Shown piece by piece: positions 31,899 to 42,500 of a stretch of DNA of 64,000 bases. Position 1 is the stretch's first letter; every line of letters starts with the position of its first letter. The notes beneath the pieces are model-generated. The model made no database searches. It worked only from the letters and a program-made list of their open reading frames with translations, and was not told where the DNA came from. Origin of the DNA: Alphaproteobacteria bacterium (GTDB lineage Bacteria > Pseudomonadota > Alphaproteobacteria > JASGCL01); the NCBI GenBank assembly GCA_965203915.1, contig OZ241918.1:609532-673531 (forward strand), written 5' to 3'. The position numbers and the translations under genes are program-made.

Positions 31899-34800
31899 AT
31901 GGCATATAGTTGGAAGAACGGTATATTAGGCGGCGTATCGGTGGCCGAAAATGCTACGGCGGGGACGCCGTTGGCGACGTTGGTGGCGCAGGACGGCGGG
32001 GTGGTTGATGCCTTTTATTATACCCTGAGCGGTGGCGATTCATCGCTTTTTAACATTGACCTCTATGGTCGGTTATCTTTAAAACAAGCAATAGATTACG
32101 ATACCACGGGTGGCACTTCATGGTGGCGGACGGCGGACGGGCAATGGCATGCTCCTGACCATCGTTATACGGTGGTGGTGAATGCTTTTAATGACGCAAA
32201 TCAGATACAAGCCACGACAACATTCATTTTGACGATGGGCGATGTTAATGAAGCGCCAGTATTCCAATGGCAATTGCAACCATTTTGGTCGCCTAATAGC
32301 TCGGGATCAGGATGGAATAATTGGAATGCGGCGAGCAACACGATGTTCTTGAACCTTGCTGAAAATATTACGGCGTCTGGTTTGCAAGTGGCAAAATTTG
32401 TAGCGGTGGATCCCGATTTGATGACGCCGTCCAATGTAACCTATGATTTGGTTGGCACCGACGCGGGGTATTTTAGTATCAACAGTAATGGCGCCCTGAT
32501 ATTAAAATCAAGATTGGATTATGAAGATGGCGTCCATACGGCTAAAAATTACAGCGTTGTTGTGAAGGCGGCATCGACCGATGGTGGATCGCTTGCTAGT
32601 AGCAACCTAGTGGTGATAAGCCTGGGCAACGTGGATGATAACGCCACAGTGTGGAATGGAATCCCCGCCACGGGCGTTGCGGTCAATGAAACAGCGGGAA
32701 TAACCAACACCGTGGTTCGCCCGTCAGTGGAGTCGGTGGCCGATTTCAGGGCGGTTGATGCCGACGGGCAAACGGTAAAATATAGTCTGGGTGGTGCAGA
32801 TTCATGGATGTTTAGCATCGACAGCAATGGGGTATTATATCGAACAAATAATGTGGATTATGAAACAAGCACATCTTGGCGCCCCAGCCATCAATTCTCG
32901 GTAACGGTATGGGCATGGGGCGCGGCGAACACTGGTGGTATTGCCAGGGATGGTGCTAGCATCAGCAAATTATTCATTCTGACGATTAATAATGTCGATG
33001 AACTTGGCACGGGTTTTACATGGGCGCAACAACCGATTGGGGTTAATCAATGGCGCAATGCAGCGAGCGGACTCATCACGGTGAACATTAGTGAAAACAA
33101 CGCGTTGGGTATGGCGGTGGGGCAGTTTGCAGCAACGGACGGCGATGGCGTGGCGGTTACTTACAATTTGAGTGGCGCGGATGCGGCATATTTTAGCATC
33201 AACAACAATGGTGCCCTGACCCTAAAATCAAGTTTAAATTATGAAGATAGCGTTCATACGGCTAAAAATTACAGTGTGGTGGTAACGGCGAAGTCGACTG
33301 ATGCCAGCGTGGCGATTAGCAGTTTGTTTGTATTAAGTTTACAAGATAATGCGAAAGAATTTGTGTGGATCAATAACCCAACTGGAGCGTCTATTTCTGA
33401 AACGGCGGCGTTGGTGGGGGCTACGGTGGCGGATTTTAATATCGCAGCGTTGGATAATGGTCCAGTTTTTGCGGAAGGAGTAAATTCTAGCTATTCTTTA
33501 ATGAGCGGGGACACGTGGGCGTTTAGTATTAATAAGCAGACGGGGGTGCTGATGCTGAGCCAGCCGCGTGATTATGAATCGGAGAATTCGTGGCGTCCTG
33601 ACCATCGGTTCTCGGTGGTGGTGGGGGCGTGGCGCGATGGCGGTGGAACCATCTCGCAATTATTCATCCTGACGATTAATAATGTGAATGAATTCGGCAC
33701 TGGCTTTACATGGGCGCAACAACCGATTGGGACTAATCAATGGCGCAATGGGGCGAGCGGTCTCGTCACGGTGGGTGTTAATGAAAACAACGCGATTGGT
33801 ATGGCGGTGGGGCAGTTTGCAGCAACCGACGGCGATCAAGTGGCGGTTACTTACAATTTGGGCGGCACCGATGCGGCATATTTTAGCATCAACAACAATG
33901 GCGCCCTGACCTTAAAATCAAGCCTGGATTATGAAGATGGTGTCCATACGGCGAAAAATTACAGCGTGGTGGTAACAGCAACATCGACCGATGGTAGCCC
34001 CGCGGTCAGCAGTTTGTTCGTGGTGTCGTTGGGTAATGTGGATGATAATGCCACGGTGTGGAGTGGAACCCCTGTCACGGGCGTAGCGGTCAATGAAACA
34101 GCGGGCATAACCAATACCGTGGTTCTTTCAACGCGGGTGTCGCTGGCCGATTTCAGGGCGATTGATGGCGACGGGCAAACGGTAAAATATAGTCTGGCGG
34201 GTGACACAGCGGGTATGTTTAGCATTGACAGCAATGGGGTATTATATCGGACGCGTAATGTGGATTATGAAACAAGCCAACATCAATTCTCTGTAACGGT
34301 ATGGGCATGGGGCGCGGCAAACACCGGGGGCATTGCCAACGATGGTGCTGGTATCAACAAATTATTCATCCTGACGATTAATAATGTGAATGAATTCGGC
34401 ACTGGCTTTACATGGGCGCAACAACCGATTGGGACTAATCAATGGCGCAATGGGGCGAGCGGGCTCGTCACGGTGGGTGTTAATGAAAACAACGCGATGG
34501 GTATGGCGGTGGGGCAGTTTGCAGCAACCGACGGCGACCAAGTGGCGGTTACTTACAATTTGGGCGGCACCGATGCGGCATATTTTAGCATCAACAACAA
34601 TGGTGCTCTAACCTTAAAATCAAGCCTGGATTATGAAAGCACCCACGTGGGTAAAAATTATAGCGTGGTGGTAACAGCAACATCGACCGATGGTAGCCCC
34701 GCGGTCAGTAGTTTGTTCGTGGTGTCGTTGGGTAATGTGGATGATAATGCCACGGTGTGGAGTGGAACCCCCGCCACGGGCGTAGCGGTCAATGAAACAG

Positions 34801-37800
34801 CGGGCATAACCAATACCGTGGTTCTTTCAACGCGGGTGTCGCTGGCCGATTTCAGGGCGATTGATGGCGACGGGCAAACGGTAAAATATAGTCTGGCGGG
34901 TGACACAGCGGGTATGTTTAGCATCGACAGCAATGGGGTATTATATCGGACGCGTAATGTGGATTATGAAACAAGCCAACATCAATTCTCTGTAACGGTA
35001 TGGGCATGGGGCGCGGCAAACACTGATGGCATTGCCAACGATGGTGCTGGTATCAACAAATTATTCATCCTGACGATTAATAACGTGAATGAACTTGGCA
35101 CGGGCTTTACATGGGCGCAACAACCGATAGGGGTTAATCAATGGCGCAATGGGGCGAGCGGGCTCGTCACGGTGGGTGTTAATGAAAACAACGCGATTGG
35201 TATGGCGGTGGGGCAGTTTGCAGCAACCGACGGCGACCAAGTGGCGGTTACTTACAATTTGGGCGGCACCGATGCGGCATATTTTAGCATCAACAACAAT
35301 GGCGCCCTGACCTTAAAATCAAGCCTGGATTATGAAAGCACCCACGTGGGTAAAAATTACAGCGTGGTGGTAACGGCAACATCGACCGATGGCAGCCCCG
35401 CGGTCAGCAGTTTGTTCGTGGTAAGTTTGCAAGATAATAACAAAGAATTTGGTTGGACTGGGGCGGTTCCTGCGGCGATATCGCTTGGCGAAACGGCGGC
35501 GGTGGCGGGGTTATCGTTGGCGGATTTTAATATTTCGGCGGTGGATGGATCGGTGTCATTTGGTGAAGGAGTGAATTCGGGATATTGGTTAACGGGGGCT
35601 GACGCTGGGAATTTTAACATTGATGCTAAGACAGGGGTGTTGCGGTTGACTTATGGTCGCGATTATGAATCGGATCATATTAACCTAGGTGGGAAGCATC
35701 TATTCACGGCGATTGTGAATGCGTGGCGTCTTGGCGGGGCAGATATCAGCCAAGCATTCGTGCTGACGGTGGGGAATGTGAATGACAACGCGACATTATT
35801 CCAATGGCAATTGCAACCATTCTGGTCGCCGAACAGCACGGGGACAGGATGGAATAATTGGAACGGTGCGAGCAACACGATGTTCTTGAACCTGGGTGAA
35901 AATATTACAACGGCTGGGACGCAAATGGCAAAGTTCAGAGCTGTTGACGCCGATATTGATGCGTTGGTGACCTATGAATTGGGTGGCACGGATGCTACCT
36001 ATTTCAGCATTGATACCAATGGGCGTTTGTATTTGGCATCGAACTTGAATTATGAAAACACCACCCATGCGGCGAAAAATTATAGCGTGGTGGTGAAGGC
36101 GGCGTCGATCGATGGCAGCCCAGCGATTAGCAACCTGGTGGTGGTCAGCCTGGGCAATATGGATGATAACCTGACGGCGTGGAAGGCAACGCCGCCAACG
36201 GGCATAGCGATTGACGAAAAGACAGGTATTGCGGCTTCGCAAGCCTTGACGACGGCGGTAAGTATTGGGGATTTTGGCGCGACGGACGCCGATGGACAGG
36301 TTCTTAATTATTGGATGTCTGCCCCGAATAGCGATTCATGGATATTCAGCCTTGACCAAAGGGGTGTTTTGTATCGCAAGGTTGATTTTGATTATGACAC
36401 TATGGGCTGGCGCGCCAACCGCCAATTTTCAGTGGTGGTGGGGGTCTATGGTTCGCCGGGTAATGGCGTGACAGGCTCGGGCAATAACATCAGCCAATTA
36501 TTCATCCTGACGATTAACGCGGTTGATGAAACGCCCGTTTGGTCAACCACACCGCTCAGCAGCAAATTATTGGTGGAGGATGACGGCGCAACATATAATT
36601 ATACCGACGCCTTTACCCTTCCCGTCTCTGTTGCTGCTCGAAATTTTACCGATACTAATCCTGCTAATAATATTACCAATTACGCCAATGGGGCCATTGT
36701 AACCCTGCCCTTTGATGTGGTGGTGAGCCCCCCAGCGAGTAGTCATCGTATTTATTACCGTGTGGCGGGCGATAATACCCTGTATGAGGGGGGGATGGGG
36801 AGTAGTGTTACACTCGCCAAGGGAACAAAATTAACCGCCTTCCAAGCTGGTGTAATCGTTACTCTTAATGGCGTGCAATATTTTCAAGCCGCGGCGTCTT
36901 CTTTCGTGGTGCCGTTGAATGATTCACGCCGTTTAAATATCCCTGGCGGAATCCTGGCTACCTTCGCCGCGTGGGACCCCGAGGGGGCAGTGGTGCAATA
37001 TTCGGTGTCGGGCACCGACGCTAGCCGTTTTATTATTGATGGTAATGGCAAATTGATATTTGCCCAGTCGCTGGATTTTGAAGCGGCGGGCGGCGCGAAT
37101 TACAGTGTGGTGGTGGTGGCGACCGACAACACGGGTCATGCGATTACTCAAAATTTTGTTGTGTCTTTTAACAACACCAACGATGAATTTGCTTGGTCGG
37201 GAACCCAGGTTGCTGGGGTTTCGTTGTTGGAATTAACGGGAACCCAGGTCGTAACCGCCAGGGCCGTGGCAACCTTCACCGCGCTGGATACCGATATCAA
37301 TGGCGGCGGTTACACACCGCACAGCGGCGCGGGGTTTGTTAGCTACAGCTTAGCGGGGGCGGATATAACATATTTCACCATCAACAAAGACACGGGGGTT
37401 TTAAGTTTCGTTTCGGCGGTTGACGGCGAAAATGGTCATGGCCAATTATACAGCATTACCATATCGGCGAATGAAATTAACCAAACATTGGGCACGGCAT
37501 GGGTAAGCCAAAACTTCGTCCTAACCATTGGCGATGTTGATGAATCACCCATTGCATGGCAAGATTCAAACAGCCACCCCGCGACGGGCGTGGTGGTGGA
37601 AAGTTATGCTAGTTTGCAACGTATTCCCCAGGGTGCGGTTTACCCGATTGATTTGGTTTGTCCCGTGTCGCCATTCCAATTTTTGTATGGCGCTGATGTG
37701 GGCACTCCTTATTCCATTGATTTACCACAATATGCCAATGGTTACAGTGTCACATTGCCATTCGACGTGGTTATTGCGGGTGATTATGCACAGGGGAATA

Positions 37801-39212
37801 CTATAAGGCTTTTGGTAAAAAATAGCGACGGTAGCATTACCTTAAGGGGCAGTGTGGCGGATGTTAATACTGCGGATGCATATAGATACACCGTGGCCGC
37901 GGGGTCGGTGATAGTGGGTATGGGGGTATACGAGAGTTCTGTTAATGGGGCATATACTCAGATCGCACAAATACCAGAGGTTCGCGTTTCCAGCACCGAA
38001 CGACGCAGGGTAACATTGGCTGGCGGGATTGTTGCTTTGGCACCCACTGACGCGGCGCAAAATTTCCTCTTCACCGCCACCGATAGCGATGTCAGCAATA
38101 TTGTTTATTCGGTCAGCGGCACCGAAGCCGCCAATTTCACCGTGGCAAGCGACGTCGGTGGTAAGGAGGGTATTGGCAAATTAACATATGTGGGCAGTTT
38201 GGATTACGAAACCACCAGCCACACCCACACGGTCACCGTGGTGGCAACGTCGGGCAATAATAGCGTAACCCAATTGTTTATATTGTCGGTTACGGGTTTG
38301 AATGACGAAGCGGCGGTTTGGACCAGCAGCATTGCCAACCGCGCAATTTCAGAAAACAATATCGCGGGGGTATCGATAGCAAATTTCCTAGCCACCGACC
38401 CCGATGGCGCGGGCGTAACATATTCGTTGACTGGTACCGACGCTAATTTGTTCAGCATGGGTAGTAATGGTGATCTGCATGTTATATCGGCGTTGGATTA
38501 TGAAGGAACATACAATGGACACAATGGGCAGGTGTTCAGCGTGGTGGTGCATGCGTGGGGCACGGGCGGCGGCAACGCGATTGGGTTTGGTGCCCAGGCG
38601 ACAACCAAATTGTTTGTGTTGTCGTTGGGTAATGTTGCGGGGGCAAACCATGCCGACCACACGGCCTACATTGACGGCACCACGGCGGTGCATGCGGTGA
38701 ATGTGGGTGGCATTATTGGCCATGACGATGCGGGTAATATTGATTATGCCAATGTGCAATTCCATGGTGTTAATTATACCGACAAAGTTATTACCCGCAA
38801 TGTTGCCCCCGATGGTTTACAATCAACCACCGTGGATTATGTGGTGCGTGGGATTAGCGATCTGGAATCTTTGAGAATAAGTTTCAACGGCTTCACCGAC
38901 ACGGATGGTAGCAAGCGTAACCATTGGTTCTTCGTCCAGGATGATGCCGCCGACAACAGCGGGCATATTGTATTCGATGCGGATGGGCAGAATGTCAATT
39001 TACATAGTTTTGTCGATGGCGTGGGCGTGACGAACGATCAAATTAATTTGCTTGCGGGATCCAATTACGGCATTGATGGCGACTTTACTAAACCAACCGA
39101 CTTGAATTTGAATTTGGCTTCCGACCCATTGCATCAAAACATCGCGGGGGCATTGACCTTCGACCAATTCCTCGCCCTCATCGGCGGCAGCCAGCATATC
39201 AGTTTTGTTTAA
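31899..39212 (+). CDS. Giant cadherin-repeat protein D (2437 aa) with two inserted non-cadherin domains
   Basis: Intact ORF, start MAYSWK after AGGGA. Cadherin motifs throughout. Inserts at ~36591-36945 and ~37604-38056. Conserved C-terminal domain at 38649-39212. Confidence 0.93.
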   Translation: MAYSWKNGILGGVSVAENATAGTPLATLVAQDGGVVDAFYYTLSGGDSSLFNIDLYGRLSLKQAIDYDTTGGTSWWRTADGQWHAPDHRYTVVVNAFNDANQIQATTTFILTMGDVNEAPVFQWQLQPFWSPNSSGSGWNNWNAASNTMFLNLAENITASGLQVAKFVAVDPDLMTPSNVTYDLVGTDAGYFSINSNGALILKSRLDYEDGVHTAKNYSVVVKAASTDGGSLASSNLVVISLGNVDDNATVWNGIPATGVAVNETAGITNTVVRPSVESVADFRAVDADGQTVKYSLGGADSWMFSIDSNGVLYRTNNVDYETSTSWRPSHQFSVTVWAWGAANTGGIARDGASISKLFILTINNVDELGTGFTWAQQPIGVNQWRNAASGLITVNISENNALGMAVGQFAATDGDGVAVTYNLSGADAAYFSINNNGALTLKSSLNYEDSVHTAKNYSVVVTAKSTDASVAISSLFVLSLQDNAKEFVWINNPTGASISETAALVGATVADFNIAALDNGPVFAEGVNSSYSLMSGDTWAFSINKQTGVLMLSQPRDYESENSWRPDHRFSVVVGAWRDGGGTISQLFILTINNVNEFGTGFTWAQQPIGTNQWRNGASGLVTVGVNENNAIGMAVGQFAATDGDQVAVTYNLGGTDAAYFSINNNGALTLKSSLDYEDGVHTAKNYSVVVTATSTDGSPAVSSLFVVSLGNVDDNATVWSGTPVTGVAVNETAGITNTVVLSTRVSLADFRAIDGDGQTVKYSLAGDTAGMFSIDSNGVLYRTRNVDYETSQHQFSVTVWAWGAANTGGIANDGAGINKLFILTINNVNEFGTGFTWAQQPIGTNQWRNGASGLVTVGVNENNAMGMAVGQFAATDGDQVAVTYNLGGTDAAYFSINNNGALTLKSSLDYESTHVGKNYSVVVTATSTDGSPAVSSLFVVSLGNVDDNATVWSGTPATGVAVNETAGITNTVVLSTRVSLADFRAIDGDGQTVKYSLAGDTAGMFSIDSNGVLYRTRNVDYETSQHQFSVTVWAWGAANTDGIANDGAGINKLFILTINNVNELGTGFTWAQQPIGVNQWRNGASGLVTVGVNENNAIGMAVGQFAATDGDQVAVTYNLGGTDAAYFSINNNGALTLKSSLDYESTHVGKNYSVVVTATSTDGSPAVSSLFVVSLQDNNKEFGWTGAVPAAISLGETAAVAGLSLADFNISAVDGSVSFGEGVNSGYWLTGADAGNFNIDAKTGVLRLTYGRDYESDHINLGGKHLFTAIVNAWRLGGADISQAFVLTVGNVNDNATLFQWQLQPFWSPNSTGTGWNNWNGASNTMFLNLGENITTAGTQMAKFRAVDADIDALVTYELGGTDATYFSIDTNGRLYLASNLNYENTTHAAKNYSVVVKAASIDGSPAISNLVVVSLGNMDDNLTAWKATPPTGIAIDEKTGIAASQALTTAVSIGDFGATDADGQVLNYWMSAPNSDSWIFSLDQRGVLYRKVDFDYDTMGWRANRQFSVVVGVYGSPGNGVTGSGNNISQLFILTINAVDETPVWSTTPLSSKLLVEDDGATYNYTDAFTLPVSVAARNFTDTNPANNITNYANGAIVTLPFDVVVSPPASSHRIYYRVAGDNTLYEGGMGSSVTLAKGTKLTAFQAGVIVTLNGVQYFQAAASSFVVPLNDSRRLNIPGGILATFAAWDPEGAVVQYSVSGTDASRFIIDGNGKLIFAQSLDFEAAGGANYSVVVVATDNTGHAITQNFVVSFNNTNDEFAWSGTQVAGVSLLELTGTQVVTARAVATFTALDTDINGGGYTPHSGAGFVSYSLAGADITYFTINKDTGVLSFVSAVDGENGHGQLYSITISANEINQTLGTAWVSQNFVLTIGDVDESPIAWQDSNSHPATGVVVESYASLQRIPQGAVYPIDLVCPVSPFQFLYGADVGTPYSIDLPQYANGYSVTLPFDVVIAGDYAQGNTIRLLVKNSDGSITLRGSVADVNTADAYRYTVAAGSVIVGMGVYESSVNGAYTQIAQIPEVRVSSTERRRVTLAGGIVALAPTDAAQNFLFTATDSDVSNIVYSVSGTEAANFTVASDVGGKEGIGKLTYVGSLDYETTSHTHTVTVVATSGNNSVTQLFILSVTGLNDEAAVWTSSIANRAISENNIAGVSIANFLATDPDGAGVTYSLTGTDANLFSMGSNGDLHVISALDYEGTYNGHNGQVFSVVVHAWGTGGGNAIGFGAQATTKLFVLSLGNVAGANHADHTAYIDGTTAVHAVNVGGIIGHDDAGNIDYANVQFHGVNYTDKVITRNVAPDGLQSTTVDYVVRGISDLESLRISFNGFTDTDGSKRNHWFFVQDDAADNSGHIVFDADGQNVNLHSFVDGVGVTNDQINLLAGSNYGIDGDFTKPTDLNLNLASDPLHQNIAGALTFDQFLALIGGSQHISFV

Positions 39213-39450
39213 TTAAGTTTTAAACTTAATACCGCACCCCTTTAATAAGATGGGGTTGGGGCACCACAGCCATTTGTTGTGCCCTGTTGGCTATATAATA
39301 TAGGCAATGTAAGACATTGTTAGCACTTTTTAATGCTCATACTGCAAGCCTCTCGCCCCTATTATCAAGCGTAAAGGCTTAAATCGCCCCCAATAAGCCT
39401 GGTTATTTTATTACATTTATTAAAGAGAGTATAATTCAATAATAAAACCC

Positions 39451-39479
39451 TTGCAAGAATTAGTAAAATTTACTAGACA
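39451..39479 (+). promoter_or_regulatory. Sigma70-like promoter of gene E: TTGCAA-N17-TAGACA, overlapped by the palindrome TAGTAAA-A-TTTACTA
   Basis: Positionally homologous to the gene B promoter; 17-bp spacer. Confidence 0.55.
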
Positions 39480-39481
39480 AG

Positions 39482-39550
39482 TCATTAACAATAAGCGTAA
39501 GCCATCATTAACAATAAGCGTAAGCCATCATTAACAATAAGCTTAAGCTA
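39482..39550 (+). repeat. 3 x 23-bp tandem repeat TCATTAACAATAAGCGTAAGCCA (third copy has 2 changes)
   Basis: Copies start at 39482, 39505 and 39528, with no spacers. Confidence 0.95.
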
Positions 39551-39589
39551 TTTGTAAACTATATACGGATTATACCCGAAGGGACAACC

Positions 39590-42500
39590 ATGGACTATAG
39601 CTGGAAAAATGCGGGTGGTGGAGGATCACTGATAAAGGAGAATACACCTGCGGGTGCGGTGCTTGCAACATTTGTAGCGCAAGATCCTTGGGCTGGTGAT
39701 GCTTTTTATTATACCTTAAGCGGTGCTGATGCTTGGGCATTTAGTATTGACCTTTATGGTCGTTTGTATTTAAAATACGATAGAGATTATGAAGGTGACA
39801 CTTGGCGTCCTAATCGTCAATTTTCTGTTATCGTTAATGCCTATAATGACGCAGGGGCATGGCAAGCCGCAACCCCGTTTATTTTATCGGTCGCCAATGT
39901 TATCGAGGCGCCCACATTTCAACGGCAACAGCAACCCATCGGTTATAATGTTTGGAGCCAGGCCGATACACCGATGTATGTTAATGTGGTTGAAAACAAC
40001 GCCGCGGGAATGCAGGTAGGAAAATTCTTGGCGTTGGATAAAGAAACGGGCGGGAAGGTAAATTATAGTTTGGCTGGCCGCGATAGTTCTTATTTTTCGA
40101 TAGACAATTCAGGGCGTTTGTTTTTGGTGTCCAGCCTGAATTACGAGGATGCCAGCCATAGCAAAAAATATTACGGGGTAGCGGTGAAGGCAACGTCGCT
40201 TGATGGGATAGCGGTGAGCAACCTGTTTGTGGTGAGTTTGCAAAACAATAGCAATGAATTTGCGTGGACAAATAACCCAATTGGTCTGGATATTTCCGAA
40301 ACGGCTGCGTTGGCTGGTGCGTCGTTGGCGAATTTCGATATTGGAGCGGTGGATGGATCGAACCCCGTGATAGAAGGTGGGAACGATTCGTGGTATTGGC
40401 TAACGAATGGCGATACTTGGGCGTTTGAGATTGATGGGAAAACGGGGGTGTTACGGTTAAAATATCAACTTGATTATGAAGGAGTTAATAGTTGGCGACC
40501 CGACCATCGGTTTTCGGTGGTGGTGAATGCGTGGCGTAATGGTGGGGACAATATCAGCCAATTATTCGTGTTGACGGTCGCCGATGTTAACGAAGCGCCC
40601 GTTTTTCAATGGCAATTGCAACCATTCTGGGGACAAAATAGCGCAGGGGCGTGGAACAATTGGGCAGCGGCCAGCGATACGCGATATTTAAACATAGCCG
40701 AAAACAATGCAGGGGCAGGATCGCAAGTGGCAAAATTCCAAGCGGTGGACCCTGATATTGGCGCGCGGGTGACCTATGACGTGGTTGGGACGGATGCCGC
40801 CTATTTCAGCATTGACAGCAACGGGCGTTTGTATTTGGCATCGAATTTGGATTATGAAAGTGCCCATGCGGGTAAGGTTTACAGCGTGGTGGTAACGGCG
40901 AAATCGACCGATGCCAGCCCGGCGATTACCAACCTGGTGGTGATAACCCTGGGCAACGTGGATGATAATGCCACGGCGTGGAATGTAAGCCCCACCACGG
41001 GCATAGCGGTTAATGAAACAACGGGAATAACCAATACCGTGGTTCGTCCAACGTTGGAGTCGCTGGCCAACTTCAGCGCGGTTGATGCGGACGGACAAAC
41101 GGTAAAATATGCGCTATCGGGCGATTCATGGATGTTCAGCATCGACGGCAATGGGGTATTATATCGGACGCGTAATGTGGATTATGAAACAAACCAACGT
41201 CAGTTCTCGGTAACGGTATGGGCATGGGGCGCGAAGAACACTGGGGGCATTACCAACGAAGGTGCTGGCATCGGCAAATTATTCATCCTGACGATTAATA
41301 ATGTGAATGAATTCACCACGGGTTTTACATGGGCGCAACAGCCGATGTGGGGACAAAATAGCGCAGGGGCGTGGAATAATTGGGCGGCGGCCAGCGACAC
41401 CAGGTTCGTTAATGTAAGTGAAAACAATGCGGTGGGCGTGGCGGTGGGGCAGTTTGCGGCAACCGACGGCGATGGCGTGGCGGTTAATTACAGTTTGAGC
41501 GGTGCCGATGCGGGGTATTTCAGTATCAACAACAATGGCACGCTGAGCTTGATCTCAAGATTAGATTATGAAAGTGCCCATGCTAAAAATTACAGCGTGA
41601 CGGTAACGGCAACATCGATCGATGGCAGTGCCGCGGTCAATAGTTTGTTTGTGGTAAGTTTGCAAGACAACACGAAAGAATTTGGGTGGGTAGGGAACAA
41701 CCTAACGGGTGTGGCTATTTCTGAAACGGCGGCGTTGGTGGGGGTGACGGTGGCGGATTTTAATATCGCGGCGTTGGATAATGGGCCAAGTTTTGTCGAA
41801 GGAACAGGTTCTGGTTATTGGTTAGCGGATAGAGTTGCCGACAATTGGGCATTTAATATTAATCAGCAGACGGGTGTGTTAAAATTGGTTTTTGAGCGGG
41901 ATTATGAATCGGAGCATTCATGGCGGCCCGACCATCGGTTCACGGCGGTGGTGGGCGCATGGCGCGATGGCGGGGGAACAATGACCCAAGTATTTGTGTT
42001 GACGGTGGCGGATGTTAATGAAGCGCCAGCATTCCAATGGCAACCGCAACCATTATGGGGGCAGGACAGCAAAGGTGGGTGGAATAATTGGGCAGCGGCC
42101 AGCGATACGCGATATTTAAACATAACCGAAAATAATATTGTTGGATTGCAAGTGGCAAAATTTCAAGCGGTGGACCCTGATATTGGGGCGCGGGTGACCT
42201 ATAGTTTGGGTGGCGCGGATGCAGCTTATTTTACTATTAATGCCAATGGTGCCTTGAGTTTAAAATCAAGTTTGAATTATGAAGATTCAAATCATGCTGA
42301 TAAAGTTTATAGCGTGGTGGTCAATGCCAAATCGACCGATGGCGGCAGCGATTTTGCCAGCAACCTGGTGGTGATAACGTTGAATAATGATCCCAACGAA
42401 TTTGGTTGGATTAATCGCCCGCGTGGCATTATTCTTTCGGAAACGGCGACTTTACCTGGCACCGTGATCGCAGATTTTAATATTGGACCCCAAGACAATT

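Noticed and set aside
39482-39550. Possible mini-CRISPR array
   Set aside because: The repeats abut with no spacers, and there are no cas genes in the window.
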